Source of the DNA: a virus | Taxonomy: Duplodnaviria > Caudoviricetes | IMG/VR virus record: IMGVR_UViG_3300031820_000001 | Coordinates: 50,931 to 114,930 of that record | DNA: 64,000 nt | Reading direction: 5' to 3' (one strand) | Shown: piece after piece, positions 18,149-27,496 of the stretch | Position numbering within the stretch: position 1 is the stretch's first letter | How the letters are laid out: each line of letters starts with the position of its first letter | Position numbers and translations under genes: made by a program | The notes under the pieces: model-generated | Database searches by the model: none | Told to the model about the DNA's origin: nothing | What the model saw: the letters and a program-made list of their open reading frames with translations, nothing else

Positions 18149-18285
18149 TGCCCTTTCATTTCTGCTGGGACGAAGCCCAGGTTCTGTTAATGAGCATGCC
18201 GTTCGTCGGCTTCAGCCTCGTCTGGCTTCGTTCCAAATTCCCCAAGAAGACCCATGCCCACAAAGATCACAATCGTTGCTGCTGA
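18148..18285 (+). CDS. small membrane protein (45 aa)
   Basis: Read manually: MPFHFCWDE...TM...HAHKDHNRCC; TAATG coupling. Confidence 0.55.
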   Translation: MPFHFCWDEAQVLLMSMPFVGFSLVWLRSKFPKKTHAHKDHNRCC

Positions 18286-18481
18286 CCGACCGGACTCCAG
18301 GGACGAGGAGGTCTACTGGGTCTCGATGATTGCCAAGTCGCTTGGAGAGTGTCGAGGCGCTGACTTCCTTCGCGGCGAGTTCGTGGAGTGCGACAGTTGC
18401 GCAGCGAAGCCAGGATCTCCGACGCTTTGCGCAGGCTGCCTTGCCAATCGCTACGTCATCGGATTACTTACTCAGAAATGA
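18254..18481 (+). CDS. small Zn-finger protein
   Basis: FVECDSCAAKPGSPTLCAGCL. Confidence 0.65.
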   Translation: MPTKITIVAADRPDSRDEEVYWVSMIAKSLGECRGADFLRGEFVECDSCAAKPGSPTLCAGCLANRYVIGLLTQK

Positions 18482-18810
18482 AGGAAAACGAGCCACCCAT
18501 CGCCAAGTTGATTCGGGACCCACAGACGCCGATCGACAAGATCGTGGCGAACTGGATCCGCTGGCTTCCGGCCTCCATCTTTTTCTTCGGATTCGCATTC
18601 GTGACCTGGACCATCGTCATGATCGTTCAGGTTGGTCGCTACCATGATGCGGTGACCAAGATGGACCAACGGGTCAAGGTTCTCGAACAAGAGCTGAAAG
18701 ACACCAAGGAACAAAACCAAGGCCTCTACTACGCACGTGAGTGCGTCAGCGACTGGGGCATCAACCTATGGAAAGACCATGAGCGCAGCTGTCACCGAAT
18801 GGACCCTTGA
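18478..18810 (+). CDS. membrane-anchored coiled-coil protein
   Basis: Single TM then coiled coil; ATGA-coupled. Confidence 0.65.
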   Translation: MKENEPPIAKLIRDPQTPIDKIVANWIRWLPASIFFFGFAFVTWTIVMIVQVGRYHDAVTKMDQRVKVLEQELKDTKEQNQGLYYARECVSDWGINLWKDHERSCHRMDP

Positions 18811-19138
18811 ATGCGTGGTGCTCGTGCTCCGCAAGGAACGCGAGATCATCGGCCTGGACCGCACGCCGTACATGGTCGGCGACCACGCCTATACCGGCGG
18901 ACCCGTTCTCCGTGGCCCCTGGGGCTCGATCGGAGGCTCTCAGGCGCAGTTCAAGGAGTACGACCAGAAGTGCAAGGACTTCACCTCTGCATACATCCAC
19001 GGGCATCTGAGAGGCGCTCGTGTGGCTTGCGAAGCCATTGGATGCATTGGCTTCTACAGCGGCTACTGCCAGCGGTGCGGCGGAACAACCCCGCCAGGGA
19101 TGGAAAAGCCGCCTGAGTCGCCTGTAGATAAGGCATGA
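18779..19138 (+). CDS. hypothetical protein
   Basis: ORF ends in promoter-encoded VDKA. Confidence 0.6.
   Translation: MSAAVTEWTLECVVLVLRKEREIIGLDRTPYMVGDHAYTGGPVLRGPWGSIGGSQAQFKEYDQKCKDFTSAYIHGHLRGARVACEAIGCIGFYSGYCQRCGGTTPPGMEKPPESPVDKA
19101..19130 (+). promoter_or_regulatory. ECF-like leaderless promoter
   Basis: TGGAA-N17-TGTAGATA-4nt-ATG 19135. Confidence 0.8.
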
Positions 19139-19695
19139 CGCCGAAGACTGAGGAGCAGCTCAACACCCTCATCGACGAACTGAAGCAGAAGCTTCAGGCT
19201 AGCGAGGAACGCGCGCTCAAGGCCGAGGACAACGCCAAGCATTTCGAGCGGCAGCTGAAGGACGACAACCTCGGCTGGTCCTTGGGTCGCGAGATGGAGT
19301 ACAGCGACCTTCCGCTTCCTCGCCTGCAGATGCACTGGGAGCGTGACGATCCGCGTGGGTACAACACCCGTTGTACGTACATGCTCGTCTACGAACATTA
19401 CCTCGGCATCAAGAAGATTGCCGGTCACGGTGATCCGGCCGTTGTCGGTGTCCCCTTCGGTCAGACCAAGCGCAACGGGCGGGAAGGCTCTTTCGTCGAT
19501 CGCTACGACCAAGAAGGCAAGCCGCACATCACGGTCCCGCACCGTGAATGGGCGCATGCCATCAGCGATGCACAGCAGCTCAAGCTGCCGTTGTATGTCA
19601 CCACCTGCGATGGTGATGTGGCCGTCGTCGACATCTCGCCGGTTCCTGGCAAGAGCCTTCAGCGCATGCTGAAGCTTGGCGGTAAGCCGCTGTGA
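19135..19695 (+). CDS. hypothetical protein
   Basis: 186 aa after promoter. Confidence 0.8.
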   Translation: MTPKTEEQLNTLIDELKQKLQASEERALKAEDNAKHFERQLKDDNLGWSLGREMEYSDLPLPRLQMHWERDDPRGYNTRCTYMLVYEHYLGIKKIAGHGDPAVVGVPFGQTKRNGREGSFVDRYDQEGKPHITVPHREWAHAISDAQQLKLPLYVTTCDGDVAVVDISPVPGKSLQRMLKLGGKPL

Positions 19696-19973
19696 GCCCC
19701 GACGAGGAATGGCTATACGGCCAGCTGAAAAGCCGGCTGCAGAAGGAACACGAGCGGGTTGCCGCTATTCTTCTGTCCGAACTGAAGAACCTCCAGGTTC
19801 GGGTCAACAACGCCGTCGAATCTCTCCGGGACGGCAAGGCTCTTGACGCTCACCTCGTCGTCAACGCTGCCGGCATCACGGAGTCCATCGCCCGCTGGAA
19901 CATGGTGCGCGATCTACTTCCGTACACCAGCCCGGAAGTTCACAAGGCTACCGAGAAAAAGAGCAAGAAATGA
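19692..19973 (+). CDS. hypothetical protein
   Basis: Overlap-coupled. Confidence 0.7.
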   Translation: MSPDEEWLYGQLKSRLQKEHERVAAILLSELKNLQVRVNNAVESLRDGKALDAHLVVNAAGITESIARWNMVRDLLPYTSPEVHKATEKKSKK

Positions 19974-20287
19974 GCTGCAATCGCTGCGGTACAGATCAAA
20001 CCAACCTTGAGTACTGCGTCTACTGCACTGAATACATGGACCTATGCAGAAGCGTTGCGCTTCTGCAGAACGCTGCGATGTCCGACGATGATCTCCTCGC
20101 TCTCGATGATGTCCGATCCGTATGCCACGGCGGCGGCGCAGCTGTGGCCATGGCTATCGCCGGAGAAGGCGAGCTGAACCTCAATGGCATGCAGGAAATG
20201 CTGCGAGAAAGCAGCAAGAAGCTCGTCGCTGTCACCGATAAATACGGGGGCTGGGACCGCATCGCCCGTCTGAGAGGCATCAAATGA
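19970..20287 (+). CDS. hypothetical Zn-finger protein
   Basis: CNRC...CVYC. Confidence 0.7.
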   Translation: MSCNRCGTDQTNLEYCVYCTEYMDLCRSVALLQNAAMSDDDLLALDDVRSVCHGGGAAVAMAIAGEGELNLNGMQEMLRESSKKLVAVTDKYGGWDRIARLRGIK

Positions 20288-20706
20288 AGAAGAACGCACT
20301 CAAGCTTGTTCGCATCCTCGTGGTCGAGCCCAGCAAGGCACCCCGCCTAGAAGAGGTCGACCCGAGTTCCTGGCGAACTTGGTATCCGCTGGTCGACAAG
20401 ACCACGAGCCTGTTCCAGATCCTCAACATCGTTCCCGGCATCGAAATGCTGTTCGACGAGGAGGGGCGCTGGAAGAACATGCCGCTCAATGTCCTGGTGC
20501 CGGCTCACGCCCCCAAGCCCGTCGCCGAGGATACGTTCATCATCGACATGACGAACGGTCGCGGCATGATGCCCGGCGAACCAGGCATCGGCTACCACGA
20601 GATCCTCGGGACGTTCATCCTGGCGCGTCGAAAGGGTGGCAACTACGTGGACCTGACCGATGACGACATCGCCAAGTTCAAGAACGGACTGATCCGTGCG
20701 GTGTGA
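20284..20706 (+). CDS. DUF3846-like protein
   Basis: LVVEPSKAP...DEEGR...PLN...ILGTFIL...DLTDDDI. Confidence 0.65.
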   Translation: MKKNALKLVRILVVEPSKAPRLEEVDPSSWRTWYPLVDKTTSLFQILNIVPGIEMLFDEEGRWKNMPLNVLVPAHAPKPVAEDTFIIDMTNGRGMMPGEPGIGYHEILGTFILARRKGGNYVDLTDDDIAKFKNGLIRAV

Positions 20707-20902
20707 ATTCTGCGACCAGGAGTGCAAGCACGACCGTGAGCACTACAAGGAAGTTCTCGATAACGACGGGAACGTGATCTGGGAGTGCTCGGGCTGGACC
20801 TGTCCACGTATGGACTGGCGCAAGCGAGCGCTCGAAGCCGAAGAGCGGGTCAAGGTTCTCGAACAGAACATCCGCAATTTGTGGAGCACCACCAATGCGT
20901 AA
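20696..20902 (+). CDS. small Zn-binding coiled-coil protein
   Basis: CEFC; ORF in chain. Confidence 0.6.
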   Translation: MRCEFCDQECKHDREHYKEVLDNDGNVIWECSGWTCPRMDWRKRALEAEERVKVLEQNIRNLWSTTNA

Positions 20903-21191
20903 AGATCCATCCGAAGCCGCTCAAGCAAAGCGTGACGCCGGAAAGCCGATGACGCTCAAGGAGTGGCAGCTCACGGTGTTCTCGTACACCCCGTCGAGCC
21001 TGTGGCACGACTTCTTTCCGAAGTTCCTCAAGGCGAACGGGCTCGCAGTAACTGCGCGACTGAGGCCGTTGCTTTGGCAGTGCATCTGGGAGCTGGCTCA
21101 GGTCGAGCACAAGGCGATGATGGATAGGCTCGTCGCAGAGAGTCGACCAACTCTTCGAATCGGCAAGCGGAACATCATCTACCAGCTCTGA
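20895..21191 (+). CDS. hypothetical protein
   Basis: GGAG RBS. Confidence 0.65.
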   Translation: MRKDPSEAAQAKRDAGKPMTLKEWQLTVFSYTPSSLWHDFFPKFLKANGLAVTARLRPLLWQCIWELAQVEHKAMMDRLVAESRPTLRIGKRNIIYQL

Positions 21192-21200
21192 GGTCGTCAA

Positions 21201-21590
21201 ATGGCAAAGAAGCGTGTAACCAAGGCGCCGGTCGATACTACGCCGCGCGCCTACACTGTGGAGGAGATGAGGGAGAAGTTCCTCGATCACCTCCAGGGCA
21301 TCTGCAACTACTGGATTTCGACGCCGCTCGATCGTCCTGAGTTCCAAGATCGCCTCAAAGAGCAAGGTGAGGTCCGCTATCGGATGGAGGGCATGCTGTT
21401 CAGCATGTTGGTCCTGTTCGATGGTGGCTCTGGCTTCATGCCGGCCTTCGATATCACCCCATCACCCCACGAGACCGACGCCGAGTTCCACCGCGAGCGT
21501 GGCGAGAACTGGTGGGATACCAAGGTCATCAACGATACCCAGCTCCACGAAATCTATAGCTCGCGTGAGCGCACTGGAAAATCGGGGTAG
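21201..21590 (+). CDS. conserved phage hypothetical protein
   Basis: PRAYTVEEMREKFL...FSMLVLFDGGS...PHETD. Confidence 0.8.
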   Translation: MAKKRVTKAPVDTTPRAYTVEEMREKFLDHLQGICNYWISTPLDRPEFQDRLKEQGEVRYRMEGMLFSMLVLFDGGSGFMPAFDITPSPHETDAEFHRERGENWWDTKVINDTQLHEIYSSRERTGKSG

Positions 21591-21604
21591 GTCGGCTGTA
21601 GATA
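21575..21604 (+). promoter_or_regulatory. ECF-like leaderless promoter
   Basis: TGGAA-N17-TGTAGATA-5nt-ATG 21610. Confidence 0.8.
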
Positions 21605-21609
21605 GGCCG

Positions 21610-21939
21610 ATGGGTAAAATCACCAGGGCTGAAATCAAGCGGCGGACGGATGCCTTAGCCGCCAAGAACAGCATCTTCTTTCTCTACGAGTTCATTCAGC
21701 GCGCCGAACTTGGCGGCCACCCGTGCCCAAATTCAGCCAATCTTGACCACGGAGAACCTGTCTACGTCGTCAAGAAGCGCGAGCTGATGGAGTTCATGGC
21801 TGGCATCCGCCAGATGGTGGAGTGGTCCAAGCACAGCCAATACGGAGCCGCCGCGCTCGAAGCCTTGGAGATCATCGACCGGGTGATGGCCGAGAATCAG
21901 TTCGCTGCGCCGCTCCGTGAGCTGGGAACGCCGAAATGA
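21610..21939 (+). CDS. hypothetical protein
   Basis: Start set by promoter; ATGA with next gene. Confidence 0.7.
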   Translation: MGKITRAEIKRRTDALAAKNSIFFLYEFIQRAELGGHPCPNSANLDHGEPVYVVKKRELMEFMAGIRQMVEWSKHSQYGAAALEALEIIDRVMAENQFAAPLRELGTPK

Positions 21940-22196
21940 ACAGGCCAAGCCAAAGAATTCCCGGATTCAACGTCGACCGCATCGATGTGGCTGCCGGCTT
22001 GCGCGAGCTGAAGAAATGCGGCTACGACGATCCAAAGACGGTCATGGTCATCGAGTACGCGTTGATGCGCTGGGCTCGTGGTGAGGAAGCTGCCGCTCAG
22101 AAGGGTGCGATCGATCGCTCATTTCACGGCATCAACCTGACCTGTTGGATAAGGGTCATCGCCGCTGCTAGGGCGGCCGGTGAAAAAGCGCAGTAG
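21936..22196 (+). CDS. hypothetical protein
   Basis: ATGA-coupled. Confidence 0.7.
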   Translation: MNRPSQRIPGFNVDRIDVAAGLRELKKCGYDDPKTVMVIEYALMRWARGEEAAAQKGAIDRSFHGINLTCWIRVIAAARAAGEKAQ

Positions 22197-22210
22197 GTGA
22201 ATTGTAGATA
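22181..22210 (+). promoter_or_regulatory. ECF-like leaderless promoter
   Basis: TGAAA-N17-TGTAGATA-4nt-ATG 22215. Confidence 0.85.
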
Positions 22211-22214
22211 GTCC

Positions 22215-22832
22215 ATGAGCTACCGAGACGCATACAAAGTGGACGTTCCCGAGGGCAAGTCAGGCATCTGGTCCGTGGAGAAGTTCACGGTTTCCGAGAA
22301 AGACTCCGAGTTCGACCGCCTGCGCGCTCTCAACCCCAGCAGCATGGGGCGCTACGTTGCACCGGGCACGTACACGTCGCTGAAGCGCGGCAACAAGCTG
22401 ATCATGTCCGACACCTCGGACGAAATCAGGGACCACATCTACTTCATCACCAGGGCCGACGGGAACGTGCTCATCGCCGGTCTCGGCATCGGAATGGTGC
22501 TCAACGGCGTGGCCACCCAGCATGGCGTCGAGAAGATCACCGTCATCGAGAAGTCGCCCGACGTCATCAAGCTGGTGGCGGACCACTACCGCGCCAAGCC
22601 GTATGGCTCGAAGCTGGAGATCATCGAGGCTGACATCTTCGACTGGAAGCCAGCCAAGGGCGTGAAGTACGACCATGCCTGGTTCGACATCTGGGACGAC
22701 CTCTGCACCGACAACCTCAAGGAGATGGCGACCCTGAATCGTCGATTCGCCCGCACCGTCACCAACAAGGGATCATGGGGGCATGGACTGCTCAAGTCCT
22801 ACGCACGCCGTGAACGCAGGAGCGCGTGGTAA
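22215..22832 (+). CDS. class I SAM-dependent methyltransferase (spermidine synthase-like)
   Basis: VLIAGLGIG, ITVIEKSPDV, EADIF, YDHAWFDIW. Confidence 0.85.
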   Translation: MSYRDAYKVDVPEGKSGIWSVEKFTVSEKDSEFDRLRALNPSSMGRYVAPGTYTSLKRGNKLIMSDTSDEIRDHIYFITRADGNVLIAGLGIGMVLNGVATQHGVEKITVIEKSPDVIKLVADHYRAKPYGSKLEIIEADIFDWKPAKGVKYDHAWFDIWDDLCTDNLKEMATLNRRFARTVTNKGSWGHGLLKSYARRERRSAW

Positions 22833-23024
22833 ATGGATGATCGCGAAAAGCTGCTGGCAGCTCTCAAAGAAGCGCTTGAGCTAGCCGAGTATTGGGCAGA
22901 GACCGCCAGGTCTGTCGACTGGTCCAAGAGCCCAAATCGATGGTCGCTCAACGGCAAGCACCACGCCGACACAAATCGGATGGCTGAAATCCGCAAGGAA
23001 TTCGAGCTACCCAAGGAGGGATAG
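22833..23024 (+). CDS. hypothetical protein
   Basis: Abuts upstream stop. Confidence 0.6.
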   Translation: MDDREKLLAALKEALELAEYWAETARSVDWSKSPNRWSLNGKHHADTNRMAEIRKEFELPKEG

Positions 23025-23026
23025 CT

Positions 23027-23494
23027 ATGCCTACTGACAGCGAGATCGAAGAGAACAAGAAGGCGTCATTCGAGCGGAGGATCGCTGCTCGGTTTGCAAA
23101 CGCGAAATGGCCAAGGGTTATCGTACTCAAGGACAAGCACGAGAACGGCTACTATCTGGTCAACGATGTCGAGAGCGTCTGGCGCTGGGCGCTTCAGATT
23201 CTTCAGATGCGCATCGACGATCGGTACATCTGCGCACCGGAGGAGCCGAAGCCGGTCGAGGAGGTACCTGACGACCTCATCGACAAGTTGCCCGAGGCGA
23301 TGAAAAAGAAAGCCCTCTCGGACAAGCAGGCCAACAAGTCCCTGATGAAGCGCCACGCCAAGTACGTGGAGATCTGGAACGATATCCAGAAGGCGCTGGC
23401 CGAAAAGAACGGTGCGCTGGCGTTCAAGGTCTTGGAAGATCGCAAGGACGCCGAGTACGAGGGTTTCGAGTTCGTGCGCCTGGAAGTGCCATGA
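23027..23494 (+). CDS. hypothetical protein
   Basis: AAGGAGG RBS. Confidence 0.8.
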   Translation: MPTDSEIEENKKASFERRIAARFANAKWPRVIVLKDKHENGYYLVNDVESVWRWALQILQMRIDDRYICAPEEPKPVEEVPDDLIDKLPEAMKKKALSDKQANKSLMKRHAKYVEIWNDIQKALAEKNGALAFKVLEDRKDAEYEGFEFVRLEVP

Positions 23495-23742
23495 TCGAGT
23501 ACACCATCGTCTCGGTCCACGACCGCAAGAAGATGTTCCCGAACAGCAAGCCGATCTGCGACAGCTGCCACGGAAAGGTCAGCGCGGACTGGACGCTGAT
23601 TTCCCATACTCAGCTCGGACCAAAGCAGTACTGCACCACCTGCGGCGTCAGTCAGCTCGTCAGCGACATGCAGACGCTCTCCTCGATGGCCACCCAGCTC
23701 GCCAGGCTCCTGCCGCTCTCGCCGCCTGAGCCCAAGAAGTGA
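23491..23742 (+). CDS. small Zn-finger protein
   Basis: CDSC...CTTC. Confidence 0.7.
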   Translation: MIEYTIVSVHDRKKMFPNSKPICDSCHGKVSADWTLISHTQLGPKQYCTTCGVSQLVSDMQTLSSMATQLARLLPLSPPEPKK

Positions 23743-23960
23743 TTCGCTGGAAGCGCGCCAACGACGGCTATGTGGAGTCCCACGACGGCGAGTGGTTCAT
23801 CACGCCCATCTACAGCGGATGCACCAGACCACAGTCGTACGAGCTAAGACACAAGGATAACTACGCGAAAGGCCTTGGCTGGCACTCGACTCAAAAGGAA
23901 GCCAAGGACTGGGCTGAATATCTGAAAGCGAAGTGGGCCAAGGCTGTAGATAAGGGGTGA
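23739..23960 (+). CDS. hypothetical protein
   Basis: GTGA-coupled; ends in promoter-encoded VDKG. Confidence 0.7.
   Translation: MIRWKRANDGYVESHDGEWFITPIYSGCTRPQSYELRHKDNYAKGLGWHSTQKEAKDWAEYLKAKWAKAVDKG
23923..23952 (+). promoter_or_regulatory. ECF-like leaderless promoter
   Basis: TGAAA-N17-TGTAGATA-4nt-GTG 23957. Confidence 0.8.
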
Positions 23961-24241
23961 GCATGGCAGAAGAAAAATTCACCACCAAGGTCATCAACGG
24001 AACCCGCGTCAAGAAGCGCGTTGGCGATGGACGTCTGTACTGCTCACAGTGCGGCATTGCCCTGGACGTCAAAGGCGGATGTGACCATTGCAAGCCGACC
24101 AAGGGAGCATGGCGCGAGGCCCGTATCCAGCACTACGCCGATACCCGCAGCGTGCAAGCGCTTGCGCAGATGGTAGTCGAGCTGGAGGATTCGCACGACG
24201 TCTGCCCGGAATTCACGATCGACGAGGAGTGGCCGACATGA
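23957..24241 (+). CDS. small Zn-finger protein
   Basis: CSQC...CDHC. Confidence 0.7.
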   Translation: MSMAEEKFTTKVINGTRVKKRVGDGRLYCSQCGIALDVKGGCDHCKPTKGAWREARIQHYADTRSVQALAQMVVELEDSHDVCPEFTIDEEWPT

Positions 24242-24591
24242 AGGGTGAGATGGGCCTTCTGCAGTTCATCGACTCCAGGATTGCCAGGCCAACCGTCTGG
24301 CCGCGCAACCTTCACGTCAGCCACCCCGGCTGGAATTCTCTCTACGTGCGAGTCACCAAGCGCTTCCTGGGCGGGGAAATCCGCGAGCCGGTCATCGACC
24401 TGGCAAGCATCGAAGCTGTAGAGCCGGGCAAGGGTGCCTTCCGTGCGCTCGTAGCAGAGCTGCAGAAGCTCTATCCGCAGGCCACCCTATTCGTCGAAAG
24501 CGTTCAGCCAGAACGTTTCAAGGCTGGCCTGCTGCGCATGGGCTTCCTTCAGCGCGACCACGAACCCAGCTTCTATCTCCTGCCAAAGTGA
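24238..24591 (+). CDS. GNAT-like hypothetical protein
   Basis: IDLASIEAVEPGKGAF...LFVESV...LLRMGF. Confidence 0.55.
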   Translation: MKGEMGLLQFIDSRIARPTVWPRNLHVSHPGWNSLYVRVTKRFLGGEIREPVIDLASIEAVEPGKGAFRALVAELQKLYPQATLFVESVQPERFKAGLLRMGFLQRDHEPSFYLLPK

Positions 24592-24600
24592 CATAACCAA

Positions 24601-24786
24601 GTGAACATGAACCGGCTCCGTCCAACCAACGTCGACAAGGACAATCTGGACCTCTGGCTGTCCGGCGTCATCCATGACGCCTGTCGAGACGCCATCGAGG
24701 CTGGATTACCGGAGCGATCCGTTCATCAGCTCCTCAAAACCATCACGGACATGCATCACCCGCTGGGCAAATATGGCCAAAAATAA
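24601..24786 (+). CDS. hypothetical protein
   Basis: ORF in chain. Confidence 0.55.
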   Translation: MNMNRLRPTNVDKDNLDLWLSGVIHDACRDAIEAGLPERSVHQLLKTITDMHHPLGKYGQK

Positions 24787-25135
24787 TCTCAAGTCCGTCA
24801 AATGGCGTGAGATCAAGGCGCCAACTTCCTGGCGTCCTGAATTCGGTGATGAGCTGGTCGGTTACTATATGGGCCGAACCAAGAAGAACGGCAAATTCGG
24901 CCAGTACGAGGTCGTCACCGTACTCGTGCCTTACAAGGGCGCGATGATGTGCAGCGGCACCATGCTGATCCAGCTGGCCGATTCGGCGATGCTCTCCGCC
25001 GGAGATCCAATCCGCATCGTGTACTGCGGCATGAAAGACCTCAGCGAGGACCGCCAGATGAAAACCTTCAAGATGTTCGTCGGTGATGGCGAAGCGCTAG
25101 CCGAAGATCAAATCCCGGAGCGCTACAGGTCATGA
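24773..25135 (+). CDS. OB-fold / SSB-like protein
   Basis: WRPEFGDELVGYY...GKFGQY...GDPIRIVYCG. Confidence 0.55.
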   Translation: MAKNNLKSVKWREIKAPTSWRPEFGDELVGYYMGRTKKNGKFGQYEVVTVLVPYKGAMMCSGTMLIQLADSAMLSAGDPIRIVYCGMKDLSEDRQMKTFKMFVGDGEALAEDQIPERYRS

Positions 25136-25317
25136 GCAAAGAGAATCCGCTGACATCCGAAGACTACTTCCAGATCACGACCTGCATCAATCACTGCATC
25201 GACGAGGTCAACAAGCTGCGCTTCGTATCCCCGAATGAATGGGAGCGCCTATCGAAGCTCAAAAACAAGGTCGAGCACGCTTACAACCTAAAGCGCAAAG
25301 AGGAAACAGGTGGATAA
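25132..25317 (+). CDS. hypothetical protein
   Basis: ATGA-coupled. Confidence 0.6.
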   Translation: MSKENPLTSEDYFQITTCINHCIDEVNKLRFVSPNEWERLSKLKNKVEHAYNLKRKEETGG

Positions 25318-25522
25318 CTTCGCTGCGTACGCTAAGGACCACAGCAAGCACCCGCATTGTGCGAGTTGCAGTGGATGCTTGCTCGATCCGAGGTTTGCTC
25401 CTGACAACCACGGCAGCAGGTTTTACCCGCTCTGGTGCGCTGGCTGTATGTGCCGCATCAAGAAGAACATCCCCGTAGGCGCCAAGCCGCTATGGGAGTA
25501 CGAGTTCGTCAAATGCGAATAG
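25310..25522 (+). CDS. small Zn-finger protein
   Basis: CASC...CAGC. Confidence 0.6.
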   Translation: MDNFAAYAKDHSKHPHCASCSGCLLDPRFAPDNHGSRFYPLWCAGCMCRIKKNIPVGAKPLWEYEFVKCE

Positions 25523-26127
25523 CGTTCGACATCGGAGGCGTGCTTTCAAAGTACCCGGATCAGTTCCGCAGGCTGCTCCATCGACTGACCGAACGTTTCC
25601 CGACGTTCTTCGGTGTCGATATCTTTGTCATCACCGACATGCACGACGTCGACGAGGTCTACGAGATGCTCGTGATGAACGGCTTTGACATGATCCACAA
25701 GGACAACGTCTACTGTGCCGACTACAAAACGCACGGCGAAGGCTGCAAGGCAGAGTTGCTCCGCGACCTTGAAATTGACCTATTCTTTGACGACTTCCTG
25801 GGTTACATGATGCTGCCCAGCGACACCATCCGCTGTCTCGTCATCCCAGACCCTCACAGGCCGTACTGGCATAAGAGCTGGAAGACCAAGGACAAGTCGG
25901 ATTTCGGTCGGCGGGTCTACACAAAGCCATGGGTACACGGGTCGTCCACTGCAAAAAAGAAAAGTACGACGTCTACATCGGGCGCGGCGGCACGCACCCG
26001 GGCGGCCAAGGGTCGAAATGGGGCAACCCGTTCACCTTCAAAGAAGGCACGCTTGCAAAGTTCGTCGTCCCCAAAGACGAAGTCCTCACGCGCTACGAAG
26101 CGTGGCTCAAGCAGCAGCCGGAGCTAA
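25513..26127 (+). CDS. HAD-superfamily hydrolase-like protein
   Basis: IAFDIGGVL (motif I variant), VIT, K...LFFDD; tail overlaps next gene. Confidence 0.7.
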   Translation: MRIAFDIGGVLSKYPDQFRRLLHRLTERFPTFFGVDIFVITDMHDVDEVYEMLVMNGFDMIHKDNVYCADYKTHGEGCKAELLRDLEIDLFFDDFLGYMMLPSDTIRCLVIPDPHRPYWHKSWKTKDKSDFGRRVYTKPWVHGSSTAKKKSTTSTSGAAARTRAAKGRNGATRSPSKKARLQSSSSPKTKSSRATKRGSSSSRS

Positions 26128-26267
26128 TCGAGGCTCTACCGGAACTGAAGGGCAAGATACTTGGTTGCTGGTGTCGGCCAGCCAAAGGCTTTCAAGGGAA
26201 GGTACTTTGTCACGGGCAGATCTTAGCTGCTCTCGCAGACGGCTGCCGACCGGAGGACATCGAATGA
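25929..26267 (+). CDS. DUF4326 protein
   Basis: VVHCKKEKYDVYIGR...SKWGNPF...LKGKILGCWC..CHG. Confidence 0.9.
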   Translation: MGTRVVHCKKEKYDVYIGRGGTHPGGQGSKWGNPFTFKEGTLAKFVVPKDEVLTRYEAWLKQQPELIEALPELKGKILGCWCRPAKGFQGKVLCHGQILAALADGCRPEDIE

Positions 26268-26584
26268 CGCACGACAAAATCCCATCGGATGAAATCGTCA
26301 TCGAGGAGACTTTCCGGCCGAGCGGAAAGCCAGAGCACGTCATCACCGTCAAGATCGATCAAAGTTCTGGGTCTGTGAGCATCCGGCAGTGGAACTACGC
26401 TCTGACTCTCGGCGGCGACCCAAGGGACAAGGCCTGGTATCTCGATCCAGAGATCGGCATCACTCTGAATCTAGAAACCAAGAAAAAGATGCTCGAAGCA
26501 GTTCTCAAGAACCATTGCCGGCAGTGCCTCGATTACGACCCCGAGGGACAGTTCTGGTGTTGCTACGACTCACGAGGTGATTGA
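26264..26584 (+). CDS. hypothetical protein
   Basis: GGAGG RBS, ATGA-coupled. Confidence 0.7.
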   Translation: MTHDKIPSDEIVIEETFRPSGKPEHVITVKIDQSSGSVSIRQWNYALTLGGDPRDKAWYLDPEIGITLNLETKKKMLEAVLKNHCRQCLDYDPEGQFWCCYDSRGD

Positions 26585-26868
26585 TGAAGGTCCACCAGCT
26601 GATCGAAATCCTCAAGCATGTCGACCCCAATGCTGAGATCATCGTGGGTTCTCACACCCTGAAGCATCCCAGTTGCAAGGATCCGGTCGGCGTCTGGCCA
26701 GCCTTCGCTGTCGAGACTGGTGAATTCGTACACGGCGGACCACTGGGGGACCAGAACAACTGGGTCAAGATCCGGGCATCTGACGTCTGGGGTTGCACGC
26801 ACTTCCAGAGCGACAACTACACGATCAAAGAAATCACCACGACCAAAGGCGAGCCGTTCCAGTTATGA
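26584..26868 (+). CDS. hypothetical protein
   Basis: MKVHQLIEILKHVDPNAEI, a common phage N-terminus. Confidence 0.7.
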   Translation: MKVHQLIEILKHVDPNAEIIVGSHTLKHPSCKDPVGVWPAFAVETGEFVHGGPLGDQNNWVKIRASDVWGCTHFQSDNYTIKEITTTKGEPFQL

Positions 26869-27086
26869 CAACGCCAGGTAGACGTAAGAGGCGTGGAGCT
26901 GCGCTCGGGCCGCTCCGCAAGGTCATCGGCTACGACACCAGCGAGCACGGCGTCCGTCTCGAAGTTCTGGAATGCGGCCATAGTATCCACGAAAAACAGG
27001 ACATCATCGGCCCGACCAACGCGTACCGGCGTCGCTGTCGACATTGCCTGAAAGATGCGGCAGGTTCGACTGTAGATAAGGCATGA
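26865..27086 (+). CDS. small Zn-binding protein
   Basis: LECGH...CRHC; ends in promoter-encoded VDKA. Confidence 0.7.
   Translation: MTTPGRRKRRGAALGPLRKVIGYDTSEHGVRLEVLECGHSIHEKQDIIGPTNAYRRRCRHCLKDAAGSTVDKA
27049..27078 (+). promoter_or_regulatory. ECF-like leaderless promoter
   Basis: TGAAA-N17-TGTAGATA-4nt-ATG 27083. Confidence 0.85.
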
Positions 27087-27496
27087 GCCGTCGCCTCACC
27101 GAAGACCAGCTCCGCACCGGAAAAGCCATGCTCGCGTCTGCTTTCAAGGAGATGCGCAAATACGGCATCTTGGCCCGGCAGAACTTCCAGTGCTGCATGG
27201 GCTGCGCATGTCAGGCGCTCTGGACCGAGATGAAGGAAACGCCCGGCAGGTACAGGGGCGCGGTCTACTACCACAAGCAGGATGGCGAACGCCTCCGCAA
27301 CGGCATCGACTTCTGCATCGGCTTTGGCGTCGAAGACCACGGCGACACCGACAACGGAGAGGCCGACGTGCTCATCGGTATCATCGCCAAGATGGCCCTG
27401 GAGAAGGCTGGTCTCATCGTCAGCTGGAACTATACGCACACCGAGAAGCTGACCGTGCGGTTTCCGTTCCTGCAGCCCGCTGTGAGCGCTGCATGA
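27083..27496 (+). CDS. DUF6891-like protein
   Basis: GILARQNFQCCMGCA...GAVYYHKQD...GLIVSWN. Confidence 0.7.
   Translation: MSRRLTEDQLRTGKAMLASAFKEMRKYGILARQNFQCCMGCACQALWTEMKETPGRYRGAVYYHKQDGERLRNGIDFCIGFGVEDHGDTDNGEADVLIGIIAKMALEKAGLIVSWNYTHTEKLTVRFPFLQPAVSAA

Noticed and set aside
18277-18285. CC-TGA ending as a second selenocysteine site
   Set aside because: The downstream region is occupied by an overlapping gene in another frame, with no convincing SECIS-like hairpin or coupled distal stop.
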